This document shows, in pieces, positions 15,885 to 27,840 of a stretch of DNA of 64,000 bases. The stretch's first letter is position 1; the number at the start of each line of letters is the position of its first letter. The notes under the pieces were generated by a model. The model was not told where the DNA came from and searched no databases. It saw nothing but the letters and a program-made list of their open reading frames with translations. This DNA is from Eledone cirrhosa (taxonomy: Eukaryota): positions 27,528,001-27,592,000 of the forward strand of contig OZ024758.1 in the NCBI GenBank assembly GCA_964016885.1, written 5' to 3'. Both the position numbers and the translations under genes were made by a program.

Positions 15885-15925
<41 letters not shown>

Positions 15926-16278
15926 ACACACACACACTAACTTTCCGTCTATCAATTTCCACTTTCAATGTATTGGTCAACTCAAGGATATAGTAAAAGA
16001 TATTTACTTGAGGTGTTACGTAGTTGTGCTAAACCCAGAATCTTAACTACGTAACCATGCCTAAGCCATATGTACTTCGCTGCCTCTTTCTTTTGACTGC
16101 CACTGAAGTTCAGAGTGACCTTGGTGTCCCGAAGACACTTATCCCCAATAACATCCTGGTTCATGTCAGCACGGTATAGCGCCATCCAATACAGAATATT
16201 TCATACTTCACATTCTTTTGGCAAAGCATTATCAAATCTCCTTCTCTCAACCTCATTCACAGCTAGATAAAACTGATA

Positions 16279-16346
<68 letters not shown>

Positions 16347-16633
16347 TATCAGTTGAGACCCTGGAGAAAACCAAAGACAAAGGTTTTAGACTGTTGAAGC
16401 AAGTAGCTGAGAAAGTCTTATGAAAGTTAGTAACAGATAAAGTTATTTTAAATGCAATGTAGTTTGGGTGATGTTTTTTAGTTTCAGCATCAAGTCAGTC
16501 CCGATTGAGCAGGCTTATTTATGATCTAAAGCAGTGGTCTCCAACCTTTTTTATACCACGGACTGGCTTCATGTTGGGCAATCTTTCCGCGGACAGTAGT
16601 TGGACATATGTTATTTAAGTGCATTTCGATAAA
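15577..16633. repeat. About 280-bp near-perfect inverted duplication (15577-15854 / 16355-16633)
   Basis: Direct reverse-complement match. Confidence 0.9.
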
Positions 16634-17479
16634 GAGAACAATAATAAAAAAGGCCAACTTATTAAAGTAGATGAATATTGAATATTTAAACAAATCTTTT
16701 AAAATTAAAGTCTAATATTCAATTTATCTATTATATAATTTTAAACAAGTTAATTATTTCTTTGCAGTCCGGTGGTTGGGGACCTCTGCTCTAAAGGCAT
16801 TCCAGCTGTAATCATCTTTCTAAGACTATATTAATTAATAAGTCCTAATTTTAAGAAGGTAGAAGATGATTTGAGGCAGATTTGGCTACTATTTCTAGTA
16901 GACCAAGCAGCTGATAGAGCCTCTCTCACAGTTTAGGTTTGTAACAGGATATAAAATCAGAAATTCCATATTTGTTTTCAAGAGGGAAATGACATAATTA
17001 TGTGTAACATTATCTAAAATGATAGGCATGGCAGTCAGTTACCCCACCAATTAAGTATATCACTAAAAAATGAAGAGTATTTATTTATACACCCAGACCA
17101 CACTGTAAAGTGGTAATGTTGATGATACCAAAAAGCACCCAGTCCACCCTGTAAAGTGGTCATGTTGGTGACACAACAAAACGCACTCAGTCCACACCAG
17201 CTGACCATGTCTTGCCCATACAGAACTGTTTTTGGCTTGGTTGCTATGGCTGGATGCCCTTCCTAATGTCAACCACATTTACAGTGTTGACTGGGTGCTT
17301 TTTGTCACAACACCTACATGACCACTTTAAGACATTTATTTCAAATTTTTTTCAATGATGTAGGAAACAAAATCACCATTTGATCAGCTTCCCAAGAGAA
17401 AAATAAATGATGTGTAATTCAAGGAAAAATACAAGGAATATGATATATTTGGAAGAATTGACTAGAAACAATAACTCAC

Positions 17480-17572
17480 CTTGCAGCTACTATCATTGTA
17501 ACAGTACCACCGATTGTTAGGATTTTTGGCAAATGCTACATAGTGCCCACCACCAAGGATACCAGTATGACA
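17480..17572 (-). CDS. USP32: USP32 His-box exon (last visible exon)
   Basis: ttttAG|TGT; encodes [31 protein letters not shown]|GTGAGT, containing the catalytic His box of USP-family proteases. Confidence 0.95.
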
Positions 17573-18653
17573 CTAAAATATAGAAATAATGTATTGTAAC
17601 TAAAATAACATGGCAACAGAAAATAAATCATACAAGGGTAGGCTGAAAAGTTCATAGGCTAACTATGAGGGCGTGATGCTATGGCTGTGAAATCTTGATG
17701 CATTAATTTCAACTCTTCTTATTAACCATTTAGTTAACAACCTGACCAAAACTAGCTCTGGTTCTATGAAATAAAACCACTCATTTTAAAGTTTTCCAAT
17801 TTAGATTAAAATCTTCCAACATAATTTTATATGAGAACCTTACATTACGTTACTATCTTTGTAAGGAAATAATTTATAATTTCCAACCAATGTTTTTGGT
17901 CTTATGGTGAATGGAACATGACAAATACTAAAATATTAAGCAATCAACTATATTCCAGACTTGTTAACTCTCCCCCGTCCGACGAGGAGATCTCCCAACC
18001 ACTTTGTGGTGGGTGAGAGATGCCTTCTCTTGTGAAAATGGGTATGTAAAATGGGTATGTAAAATGGGTATGTAAAACTTCCCCATTTTGCCTCATTTCT
18101 CCACGTTTTGGAGCACTTTTTTTCATGGTACTCCCCGTTTGGGTTTTTAGAGGTTAGCAGGCCTGATATTCAGTGTCGAATGTTGATATATAGTGAGGCT
18201 TTTTATAAACACATGTTTTACAATACATATATTCTCTATTTACACTGCCCATGTTTCAAACATTCTTGTATGAGATACATGCTAAAATCTCATACACCAC
18301 ACCATTTCATATAAAGTTGTCAGTCAAACTTGAAGCTTCTTAAATTAGTTTTGTAACCTATGTGGGCCATGTGCAACTTGTGATGAAGTCAAGTGCAAGT
18401 GTATTTTGTTGAGGAGAGCAAGAGTAGAGGCCCAGGAAGATCTAAGAGGACTTGGATGGAGGATCTTCGTCGGGATCAAGGTAGGCGTGGCCTGGCCCAA
18501 GTGAGACCGGCAGGCAGAAACACATGGAGCAGGACACTAAGGAGCGCTGTCAGGCAGGACTCATCCCTACTTGGGGATTAATTGTGTCCTGCATAATTAA
18601 AAACTGGACGATGGTGATGAAGAGATCAAAGTGCATACATTTCAGATACTCAC

Positions 18654-18883
18654 CGAGACAGCGTAAAGGTCATAACGAACATCGTTATCATCATGGTCAG
18701 AGTCTGGACTTAAAGCTGAGCAACTTTTTTCTTTTGATTGGTTTTCTATCTCTTGAACATTTATGTACTTTGTAAAGGAGTCACCATTAGTCAATGGTTG
18801 ATGTAGTTCCTGCATTGATGACTCTTTGCTGTTAGTGTGCATCACTCGTTGACGTTTGCAGCTACTGCTATTTTCAACAGAAT
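18654..18883 (-). CDS. USP32: USP32 exon
   Basis: ttttgtAG|AT (phase 1); encodes DSVENSSSCKRQR...DHDDNDVRYDLYAVS|GTGAGT, with the USP YxLYAV motif. Confidence 0.88.
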
Positions 18884-19002
18884 CTACAAAATCAACAGAT
18901 AATACAATATATACAGGGTGTCCCACAAAAATGTATACACATATTTATTAGAATGTTGTTGAAGTGTGTATGCATTTTTTTTTTGGGGGGGGGGGTACAA
19001 CC

Positions 19003-19445
19003 TGTTTGTGTGGTTGTGTGTTTGTGTGTGAGTGTGTTTGTGTGAGTGTGTGGTTGTGTGTTTGTGTGTGTGAGTGTGTGTTTGTGTGTGGTTGTGTGTG
19101 AGTGTGTGGTTGTGTGTGAGTGTGTGGTTGTGTGTGAGTGTGTGTTTGTGTGTGAGTGTGTGGTTGTGTGTTTGTGTGTGTGAGTGTGTGTTTGTGTGTG
19201 AGTGTGTGGTTGTGTGTGAGTGTGTGGTTGTGTGTGAGTGTGTGTTTGTGTGTGAGTGTGTGGTTGTGTGTGAGTGTGTGGTTGTGTGTGAGTGTGTGGT
19301 TGTGTGTGAGTGTGTGGTTGTGTGTCAGTGTGTGGTTGTGTGTCAGTGTGTGGTTGTATGTCAGTGTGTGGTTGTGTTTCTGTGTGTGTGTGTGTCTGTG
19401 TATGTGGTGTGTGTGAGTGTGGTTGTGTGTGAGTGTGTGGTTGCA

Positions 19446-19476
<31 letters not shown>

Positions 19477-19500
19477 CTGTGGTGTGTGTGTGAGTGAGAG
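19003..19500. repeat. (GT)n-derived repeat with 18-bp periodicity
   Basis: GTGTGAGTGTGTGGTTGT units. Confidence 0.92.
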
Positions 19501-19610
19501 AGCACAAAAGTGTTCAAGAAATGCTTCTGAAGTATAAGAGATCAACTGAAAGATATTGTAGAAATTGTATGCCAGCAAATTACAGGAGGACTTCATTAGT
19601 TGTATATAAT

Positions 19611-19798
19611 AATTGTTTCTACGTTAGGCACAAGGCCAGCAATTACCCAGTGTATTACTGGTACTTTATTTTATCGACCCCGTAAGGATGAAAGGCAAAG
19701 TTAACCTCGGCGGGATTTGAACTCAGAATGGCAAGTGCCGTAACTCTATGCGTCAAAGCATGGCGTTCGACCCTCTACCAATACTGCCAATCCGCCGC
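19611..19798 (-). mobile_element. Full-length Nin/Deu-domain SINE with target-site duplication
   Basis: A box TGGCAGTATTGG and B box GAGTTCAAATCC, flanked by CATTAGTTGTATATAATAAT at 19594 and 19799. Confidence 0.88.
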
Positions 19799-20470
19799 CA
19801 TTAGTTGTATATAATAATATTAAGTTCTTATATTTTAATGTGTGACCAATAGTGTAAGTTGGTTCCATGTTTCTGGTTAATCATTGGTCTCTAACATTTC
19901 TGCGAGGCTGACAAAAAAGTATCTGTAACTTGAATTTTGTTCAAACAACACCAGTTTTTTTATGATGTTTACATCATTTGCCAATATACATTGGCAAAAT
20001 ATTTAAGCATGTATGCACACACACATATATATATATATATCATCATCACTGTTTTACGTCCGTTCTTCTAGCATGGGTTAGACGGGTTGTCCTGTTGTGG
20101 GCAGTGTCTGGTCGGCTGACCATGCCTTGCTCATACAGGAACTGATTTGGCTAGATTTCTACAGCTGGATGCCCTTCCTAACAGCAACCTCATTTACAGT
20201 GAGTGCTGGGTGCTTTTTCGTGGCGCCTACACGTCCACTTTACAGTGTGGGCTGGGTGCTTTTTCGTGGTGCCTACACGTCCACTTTACAGTGTGGGCTG
20301 GGTGCTTTTTTGCCATGGCACCTCCACAACCACCTTGCAATGGGAGGGTGTGGGGGCATATTGTCTATATATATATATATATATATACAAATAAAATACA
20401 GAGTTACTAACTCATACTGATACCCTGTAATTAACAAGCTCAAAGTATAAACAGTGAGCATTTCAATAAT

Positions 20471-20895
20471 ATATGTAGTAATAAACAGTAAATCATGTCT
20501 AAAATTACGAGGGTTGAAATACCACATTTGTTTGAGAAATTTAATCAGAAGCAAACGGAATATACATAAAATAAAATAAAATATATACAGACCGCCTTAA
20601 TAACTATTACATCTCTCGGACAGATTAGGGATTTAATCTGTTTCGCCCTGAGAATTGTGTCTGTAACAGATAATCCGTGAGCATCATCAGCGAGAGAATT
20701 AGATTAAATGAAACAAAGACCTAAGCCAAAAGCCACACGAATGAATATTTCACCTCGTGTGCTAGAAGTCAAAACCGGTGTGAGTGGATTGGCCTGAAAC
20801 AATAGCCTTAATAAACCCTCATAATTTTAGACACACGATTTACTGTGTTTATTACTACATATATTATATATATATATATGTAGTAATAAACACAC
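20471..20895 (-). mobile_element. Penelope-type or retrozyme-like non-autonomous element
   Basis: Hammerhead at 20612-20697 enclosed by the inverted repeat 20471-20515 / 20814-20862. Confidence 0.55.
20612..20697 (-). ncRNA. Type I hammerhead ribozyme, full-length, intronic, sense to USP32
   Basis: Minus strand reads TCTCTCG-CTGATGA-T-GCTC...GGGC-GAAA-CAGATTA-AATCCC-TAATCTG-TC-CGAGAGA. Perfect 7-bp stem I and 7-bp stem III, intact core, GUC cleavage triplet. Confidence 0.85.
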
Positions 20896-21633
20896 TTACA
20901 CCTCTCCAAGACAATGTCACTGGACCGAGATCTTTGGCGCTACACAGTAATAGAGAAGACCCGCCTTACTTAAGTGCAAAGTGAAACCTACTACAGCCAG
21001 TAGGCACCTCTAACAAAATACACCCCCGTCCCACTACCCCCACCCCATCCACACCACCCCTTTCAATGTAAAGTTATGTTGGTACCACAACATCCAGCCC
21101 GAAACAAATGAGGTCGTGTAGGTGTCACGACAAAAAAAACACACGGTCCACGCTGTAATGTGGCCATGTAGGTAACACGGTAAAACCTCCCAGTTCCACA
21201 CTGTAAATGTGGTTGGTGTTAGGAAGGGCATCCAGCTGTAGAAAACCCGCCAGACAGTCCTATGCGAGCAAGACAACCACTCTTGCCTCAAGTGGGAAAA
21301 CTCCCGTCCAAACCCATGCAAGCGTGGAATATGGACATTAAACGATGATGATGATGATGATGATATATAAATATATATATATATAACACCAACTGCTTTA
21401 CAGAGTGTACTAGGTACATTTTATCATGTTACCGCCACTCGGGAGGTTGTCATGTCTTTGATACAACTGTTGAGTCTGCTTTACCCCATCTTTAGCAAGT
21501 TTTCTATGGCTAGATGCCCTAATTTTAGTTTAGCAAATTTTACTTCTAATACAGATGTTCTATTTAAAATACAGAAATTTGATTCAGAATGATGAGATAA
21601 ATTTTTTAATGAAGTGTGAAATAAAATAATTTA

Positions 21634-22010
21634 TACAAATTTAAATAAGTTAAAAGCCCTACAATGCATAGAAGATTAAAGGGGCCAAAATAATAGGTGT
21701 TATAGATGAAATAATGAGGACAATAGAATTTTAACCTAGCAAATTTGATTATCTCAAATATTTTGGGGTCTAAAAACCCATTATCAAAAGAGGATCTGTG
21801 TGTAGGTCTTCAAAGAGCAATCGGAGAAAAGGTGTTGTTTGGCTGGCAGATTTGATTTAAATAATGGGTTTTTAAACATCAAAAATATTTGAGATAATTT
21901 TGTAAGTTAAAATTCTATCATCCTCATTCTTTCCTCTATAACACCTGTTACCTTGGCACCTTTAAATCTTCTACACAATGTGGGGCTTTTAAACTTATTT
22001 AAATTTGTAT
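21634..22010. repeat. Fold-back element with about 150-bp imperfect arms
   Basis: 21634-21785 is the reverse complement of 21860-22010. Confidence 0.8.
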
Positions 22011-22014
22011 TTCC

Positions 22015-22690
22015 TACTGTTAAAATAATTAATATAAAAACTGTTAAAATAATTAATATAAAAACTGTTAAAATAATTAATATAAAAACTGTTAAAATAA
22101 TTAATATAAAAACTGTTAAAATAATTAATATAAAAACTGTTAAAATAATTAATATAAAAACTGTTAAAATAATTAATATAAAAACTGTTAAAATAATTAA
22201 TATAAAAACTGTTAAAATAATTAATATAAAAACTGTTAAAATAATTAATATAAAAACTGTTAAAATAATTAATATAAAAACTGTTAAAATAATTAATATA
22301 AAAACTGTTAAAATAATTAATATAAAAACTGTTAAAATAATTAATATAAAAACTGTTAAAATAATTAATATAAAAACTGTTAAAATAATTAATATAAAAA
22401 CTGTTAAAATAATTAATATAAAAACTGTTAAAATAATTAATATAAAAACTGTTAAAATAATTAATATAAAAACTGTTAAAATAATTAATATAAAAACTGT
22501 TAAAATAATTAATATAAAAACTGTTAAAATAATTAATATAAAAACTGTTAAAATAATTAATATAAAAACTGTTAAAATAATTAATATAAAAACTGTTAAA
22601 ATAATTAATATAAAAACTGTTAAAATAATTAATATAAAAACTGTTAAAATAATTAATATAAAAACTGTTAAAATAATTTATATAAAAACT
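22015..22690. repeat. 24-bp near-perfect minisatellite (about 28 copies)
   Basis: Unit AAAAACTGTTAAAATAATTAATAT. Confidence 0.95.
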
Positions 22691-22704
22691 GAAACACGAC
22701 TTAC

Positions 22705-23032
22705 CTGAAATGGTGCAAGGCTCTATACAATTTTCTACATGATTAGAAACAGGTTCTTTTTGAATGTTGGGAATGGCTGGAAGGGAACTGGAATCATTAG
22801 TAAAATTTGTACTTTCATGGTTAGTGATGCCATTTTTAATTATATTGCGATTGCACTGGTCTTCTTCACTAATATTGGTCAGTTCTATATGATCAGTATT
22901 TATTTTCTTGTACTGTCTGGCACGAGGGGCTATATAAGAACTAGGATCAAAGTCTTTGAATGGAAACTTGACAATTTTATGGGACTTAACCCAGCGCCCA
23001 TTTAAACACTGGAACCGTTTCAAATTTATAAT
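22705..23032 (-). CDS. USP32: USP32 exon
   Basis: ttcctcAG|ATT; encodes IINLKRFQCLNGRWVKSHKIVKFPFKDFDPSSYIAPR.... Ends G|GTAAGT (phase 1). Confidence 0.93.
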
Positions 23033-23249
23033 CTGAGGAATAAAAAGAAAAATTAAAAATTAATTTAAAGCTCATTATTTCTAAAAAATATATTTTTAGA
23101 GTGGTAGCAATAATAAAATACAAGAATCTTAAATAGTTAAAATATTATACAATATTTAACTTATTTCATATTGTCGATGACACTAAAATTTGGTGGACAT
23201 AACTTGATAAAGGATTTGTTCAAATTTGAATTATTAGCTATACAATAAT

Positions 23250-23775
23250 TATTTATACTTTTGGCACAAGGCCAGCAATTACCCAGTACATTACTGGTAC
23301 TTTATTTTATCGACCCCGTAAGGATGAAAGGCAAAGTTAACCTCGGCGGGATTTAGCTATACAATAATGGTTTCTGATTTCAGCAAGAGGCCAACAATTT
23401 TGAGGGAGGGGAAAGTCAATTAAATTGACCCAGTGCATTACTGGTACTTTATTTTATCGATCACATAAGACTGAAAGGCAAAGTTAACTACGATGGAATT
23501 TGAACATAGAATGTAAAGACCAAGTTGCCCGACACTCCACCAATCCTCGGCCCTTTAGTTATACAATAATGATACAAACTATCTTAATAATTGTTTCTAA
23601 TTTTTGGTAAAAGGCCAGCAATTACCCCAGTGCATTACTGGTACTTTATTTTATCAACCCCGTAAGGATGAAAGGCAAAGTTGACCTTGGGAGTTTTTGC
23701 ACTCAGAACGCAAAGGGCCATAACTCTATGCTGCAAAGCATGGTGTCTGACGCTCTACCAGTTACTGCAAATCCT
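23250..23775 (-). mobile_element. Three stacked Nin/Deu-domain SINEs
   Basis: Core motif present three times; TTAG(C/T)TATACAATAAT at 23234, 23353 and 23555. Confidence 0.8.
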
Positions 23776-24002
23776 ATACTAAGATATGATTCAACATAAA
23801 ATAATATATGTATCTATGTTCGATACAACAATTAAAGAACACCATAGTAATTAATGATGTAATTACCTTCAGAAAATTTCATTCTTAAACATTTTCTTAA
23901 AGAAAACAAACAAACATCTATAAAATTGAAACTATTTTTGATCTTTGATGTTGAACATTATGTCATGAAATTAATTCAAAAGAATAAAGTATATTAGCGA
24001 AA

Positions 24003-26930
24003 TGAATCAGTTATATTTCTACTTACTAAAATCGGTAGTAGTCACCAACCAATCAGTTATATTTCTACTTACTAAAATCAGTAGTAGTCACCAATCAATC
24101 AGTTATATTTCTACTTACTAAAATCAGTAATAGTCACCAATCAATCAGTTATATTTCTACTTACTAAAATCGGTGGTAGTCACCAATCAATCAGTTATAT
24201 TTCTACTTACTAAAATCGGTAGTAGTCACCAACCAATCAGTTATATTTCTACTTACTAAAATCAGTAGTAGTCACCAATCAATCAGTTATATTTCTACTT
24301 ACTAAAATCGGTGGTAGTCACCAGTCAATCAGTTATATTTCTACTTACTAAAATCGGTGGTAGTCACCAATCAATCAGTTATATTTCTACTTACTAAAAT
24401 CGGTGGTAGTCACCAATCAATCAGTTATATTTCTACTTACTAAAATCGGTGGTAGTCACCAGTCAATCAGTTATATTTCTACTTACTAAAATCGGTGGTA
24501 GTCACCAATCAATCAGTTATATTTCTACTTACTAAAATCGGTGGTAGTCACCAATCAATCAGTTATATTTCTACTTACTAAAATCGGTGGTAGTCACCAG
24601 TCAATCAGTTATATTTCTACTTACTAAAATCAGTAGTAGTCACCAATCAATCAGTTATATTTCTACTTACTAAAATCAGTAATAGTCACCAATCAATCAG
24701 TTATATTTCTACTTACTAAAATCGGTGGTAGTCACCAATCAATCAGTTATATTTCTACTTACTAAAATCGGTGGTAGTCACCAATCAATCAGTTATATTT
24801 CTACTTACTAAAATCGGTGGTAGTCACCAGTCAATCAGTTATATTTCTACTTACTAAAATCGGTGGTAGTCACCAATCAATCAGTTATATTTCTACTTAC
24901 TAAAATCGGTAGTAGTCACCAGTCAATCAGTTATATTTCTACTTACTAAAATCAGTAGTAGTCACCAGTCAATCAGTTATATTTCTACTTACTAAAATCG
25001 GTAGTAGTCACCAACCAATCAGTTATATTTCTACTTACTAAAATCAGTAGTAGTCACCAACCAATCAGTTATATTTCTACTTACTAAAATCAGTAGTAGT
25101 CACCAACCAATCAGTTACATTTTAACTTACTAAAATCGGTAGTAGTCACCAATCAATCAGTTATATTTCTACTTACTAAAATCAGTAGTAGTCACCAACC
25201 AATCAGTTATATTTCTACTTACTAAAATCAGTAGTAGTCACCAACCAATCAGTTATATTTCTACTTACTAAAATCAGTAGTAGTCACCAACCAATCAGTT
25301 ACATTTTAACTTACTAAAATCAGTAGTAGTCACCAATCAATCAGTTATATTTCTACTTACTAAAATCGGTAGTAGTCACCAATCAATCAGTTATATTTCT
25401 ACTTACTAAAATCAGTAGTAGTCACCAATCAATCAGTTATATTTCTACTTACTAAAATCGGTAGTAGTCACCAATCAATCAGTTATATTTCTACTTACTA
25501 AAATCAGTAGTAGTCACCAATCAATCAGTTATATTTCTACTTACTAAAATCGGTAGTAGTCACCAATCAATCAGTTATATTTCTACTTACTAAAATCAGT
25601 AGTAGTCACCAATCAATCAGTTATATTTCTACTTACTAAAATCAGTGGTAGTCACCAGTCAATCAGTTATATTTCTACTTACTAAAATCAGTAGTAGTCA
25701 CCAATCAATCAGTTATATTTCTACTTACTAAAATCAGTGGTAGTCACCAGTCAATCAGTTATATTTCTACTTACTAAAATCAGTAGTAGTCACCAACCAA
25801 TAAGTTATATTTCTACTTACTAAAATCAGTAGTAGTCACCAAGCAATCAGTTATATTTCTACTTACTAAAATCGGTGGTAGTCACCAACCAATCAGTTAC
25901 ATTTTAACTTACTAAAATCAGTAGTAGTCACCAACCAATCAGTTATATTTCTACTTACTAAAATCAGTGATAGTCACCAACCAATCAGTTACATTTTAAC
26001 TTACTAAAATCAGTAGTAGTCACCAATCAATCAGTTATATTTCTACTTACTAAAATCGGTGGTAGTCACCAATCAATCAGTTATATTTCTACTTACTAAA
26101 ATCGGTGGTAGTCACCAATCAATCAGTTATATTTCTACTTACTAAAATTGGTAGTAGTCACCAATCAATCAGTTATATTTCTACTTACTAAAATCGGTGG
26201 TAGTCACCAATCAATGTTATATTTCTACTTACTAAAATCGGTGGTAGTCACCAATGAATCAGTTATATTTCTACTTACTAAAATCAGTATTAGTCACCAA
26301 TCAATCAGTTATATTTCTACTTACTAAAATCGGTGGTAGTCACCAATCAATCAGTTATATTTCTACTTACTAAAATCGGTGGTAGTCACCAATGAATCAG
26401 TTATATTTCTACTTACTAAAATCAGTATTAGTCACCAATCAATGTTAAATTTCTACTTACTAAAATCGGTGGTAGTCACCAACCAATCAGTTATATTTCT
26501 TCTTACTAAAATTAGTATTAGTCACCAATCAATGTTATATTTCTACTTACTAAAATCGGTGGTAGTCACCAATCAATGTTATATTTCTACTTACTAAAAT
26601 CGGTGGTAGTCACCAATCAATGTTATATTTCTACTTACTAAAATCAGTATTAGTCACCAATCAATCAGTTATATTTCTACTTACTAAAATCAGTAAAGTC
26701 ACCAATCAATCAGTTATATTTCTACTTACTAAAATCGGTGGTAGTCACCAATCAATCAGTTATATTTCTACTTACTAAAATCAGTAATAGTCACCAATCA
26801 ATCAGTTATATTTCTACTTACTAAAATCGGTGGTAGTCACCAATCAATCAGTTATATTTCTACTTACTAAAATCGGTAGTAGTCACCAATCAATCAGTTA
26901 TATTTCTACTTACTAAAATCGGTGGTAGTC
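24003..26930. repeat. 46-bp minisatellite (about 63 copies) containing exon end and 5' splice site
   Basis: Unit ATCAGTTATATTTCTACTTACTAAAATCGGTGGTAGTCACCAATCA overlaps the exon boundary at 26914. Confidence 0.95.
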
Positions 26931-27105
26931 GCCAAATGTCAAGCTTTTTTGATGCTAAACAGTGTTTATTGCATTTGGAGCAGAAATAAAGTTCATCTTC
27001 GCCAAGCTCTTCTTCTTTAGTAAATGCTTGAAGGCACGTGTCAAGATCAATGGGTTCTGTTTGTAGTCTGCGACTTTCCTCTACACTACGATGCTCTTGA
27101 ATAAA
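26914..27105 (-). CDS. USP32: USP32 exon (not in ORF track)
   Basis: cctattAG|TTT; encodes FIQEHRSVEESRRLQTEPIDLDTCLQAFTKEEELGEDELYFCSKCNKHCLASKKLDIWRLPPIL|GTAAGT. 192 nt, phase 0/0. Confidence 0.94.
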
Positions 27106-27359
27106 CTAATAGGAAAAGAAACAAAAAAGCTTCAATAATGTCTGTGTTATGACTTTAAAATATTTTTTTCATTTTTTTTATTAAAAGTGGATTTTCATTT
27201 GAAATATAAATGATGTATAGGATATTGATTTAAAATATTTGCAACAGAATATAAATTTAAAATATTTACAATTGGACAAAAATATTTTAAATTTCGTTTC
27301 TGAATTATTGGTAACATGACCCTCCCAAAGTATAACAATATTTTAAATGTTTTGTTTTT

Positions 27360-27840
27360 TTAAACTAATTTATCTACCAGCCTGCTTGTGATTCCACAAA
27401 CCTTCTTGTACATTCAAAGAGTACACTGGATATACCATATGGAATTTTTACCTACTCCTTTTCTGCATATAGAGCATGGCCAGTATAATGATGGGAGCAG
27501 GGCCCTGTCATCATTTGGTCTTTGTTACATTTATTTTGATGTCTTCTGGTTCTAGGTTTTGCTTCAAAGCATGGAATTTCTTCCCTAATTCTTCTACAGA
27601 TTCAGCTATAAGAACTAAGTCATCAGTATACAGGAGCTTCCACAGACAGCCAGTCTTAAATTTTTCTGTTATGGCCTCAGAGACTATAATAAACAGGAGG
27701 GGGCTGAGAACTGAGTCTTCGAGGACCTTTACCTGCACACTAAATTTGTTGCTGAACTCATTAACTTTCACCTTGTTGACTGCACCACTGTACGTGGCTT
27801 GCACAGCCCTCACAAATCATCCATCTACTTCTTGTTTCCT
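27360..27840 (-). mobile_element. RTE LINE reverse-transcriptase fragment
   Basis: SVLSPLLFIIVSEAIT...WKLLYTDDLVLIAES...INVTKTK. Confidence 0.85.

Noticed and set aside
18892-19596. His/Thr-rich and Cys/Val-rich ORFs
   Set aside because: Translations of the (GT)n-derived repeat.
23021-23032. IINLKRF instead of the usual IIHLKRF as evidence of inactivation
   Set aside because: This His is not the catalytic one; the His box GHY...YNDS is intact.
24003-26913. Recursive-splicing sites in the 46-bp array (TTTTAGTAAGT)
   Set aside because: AG and GT share one G, whereas a recursive site needs AG|GT.
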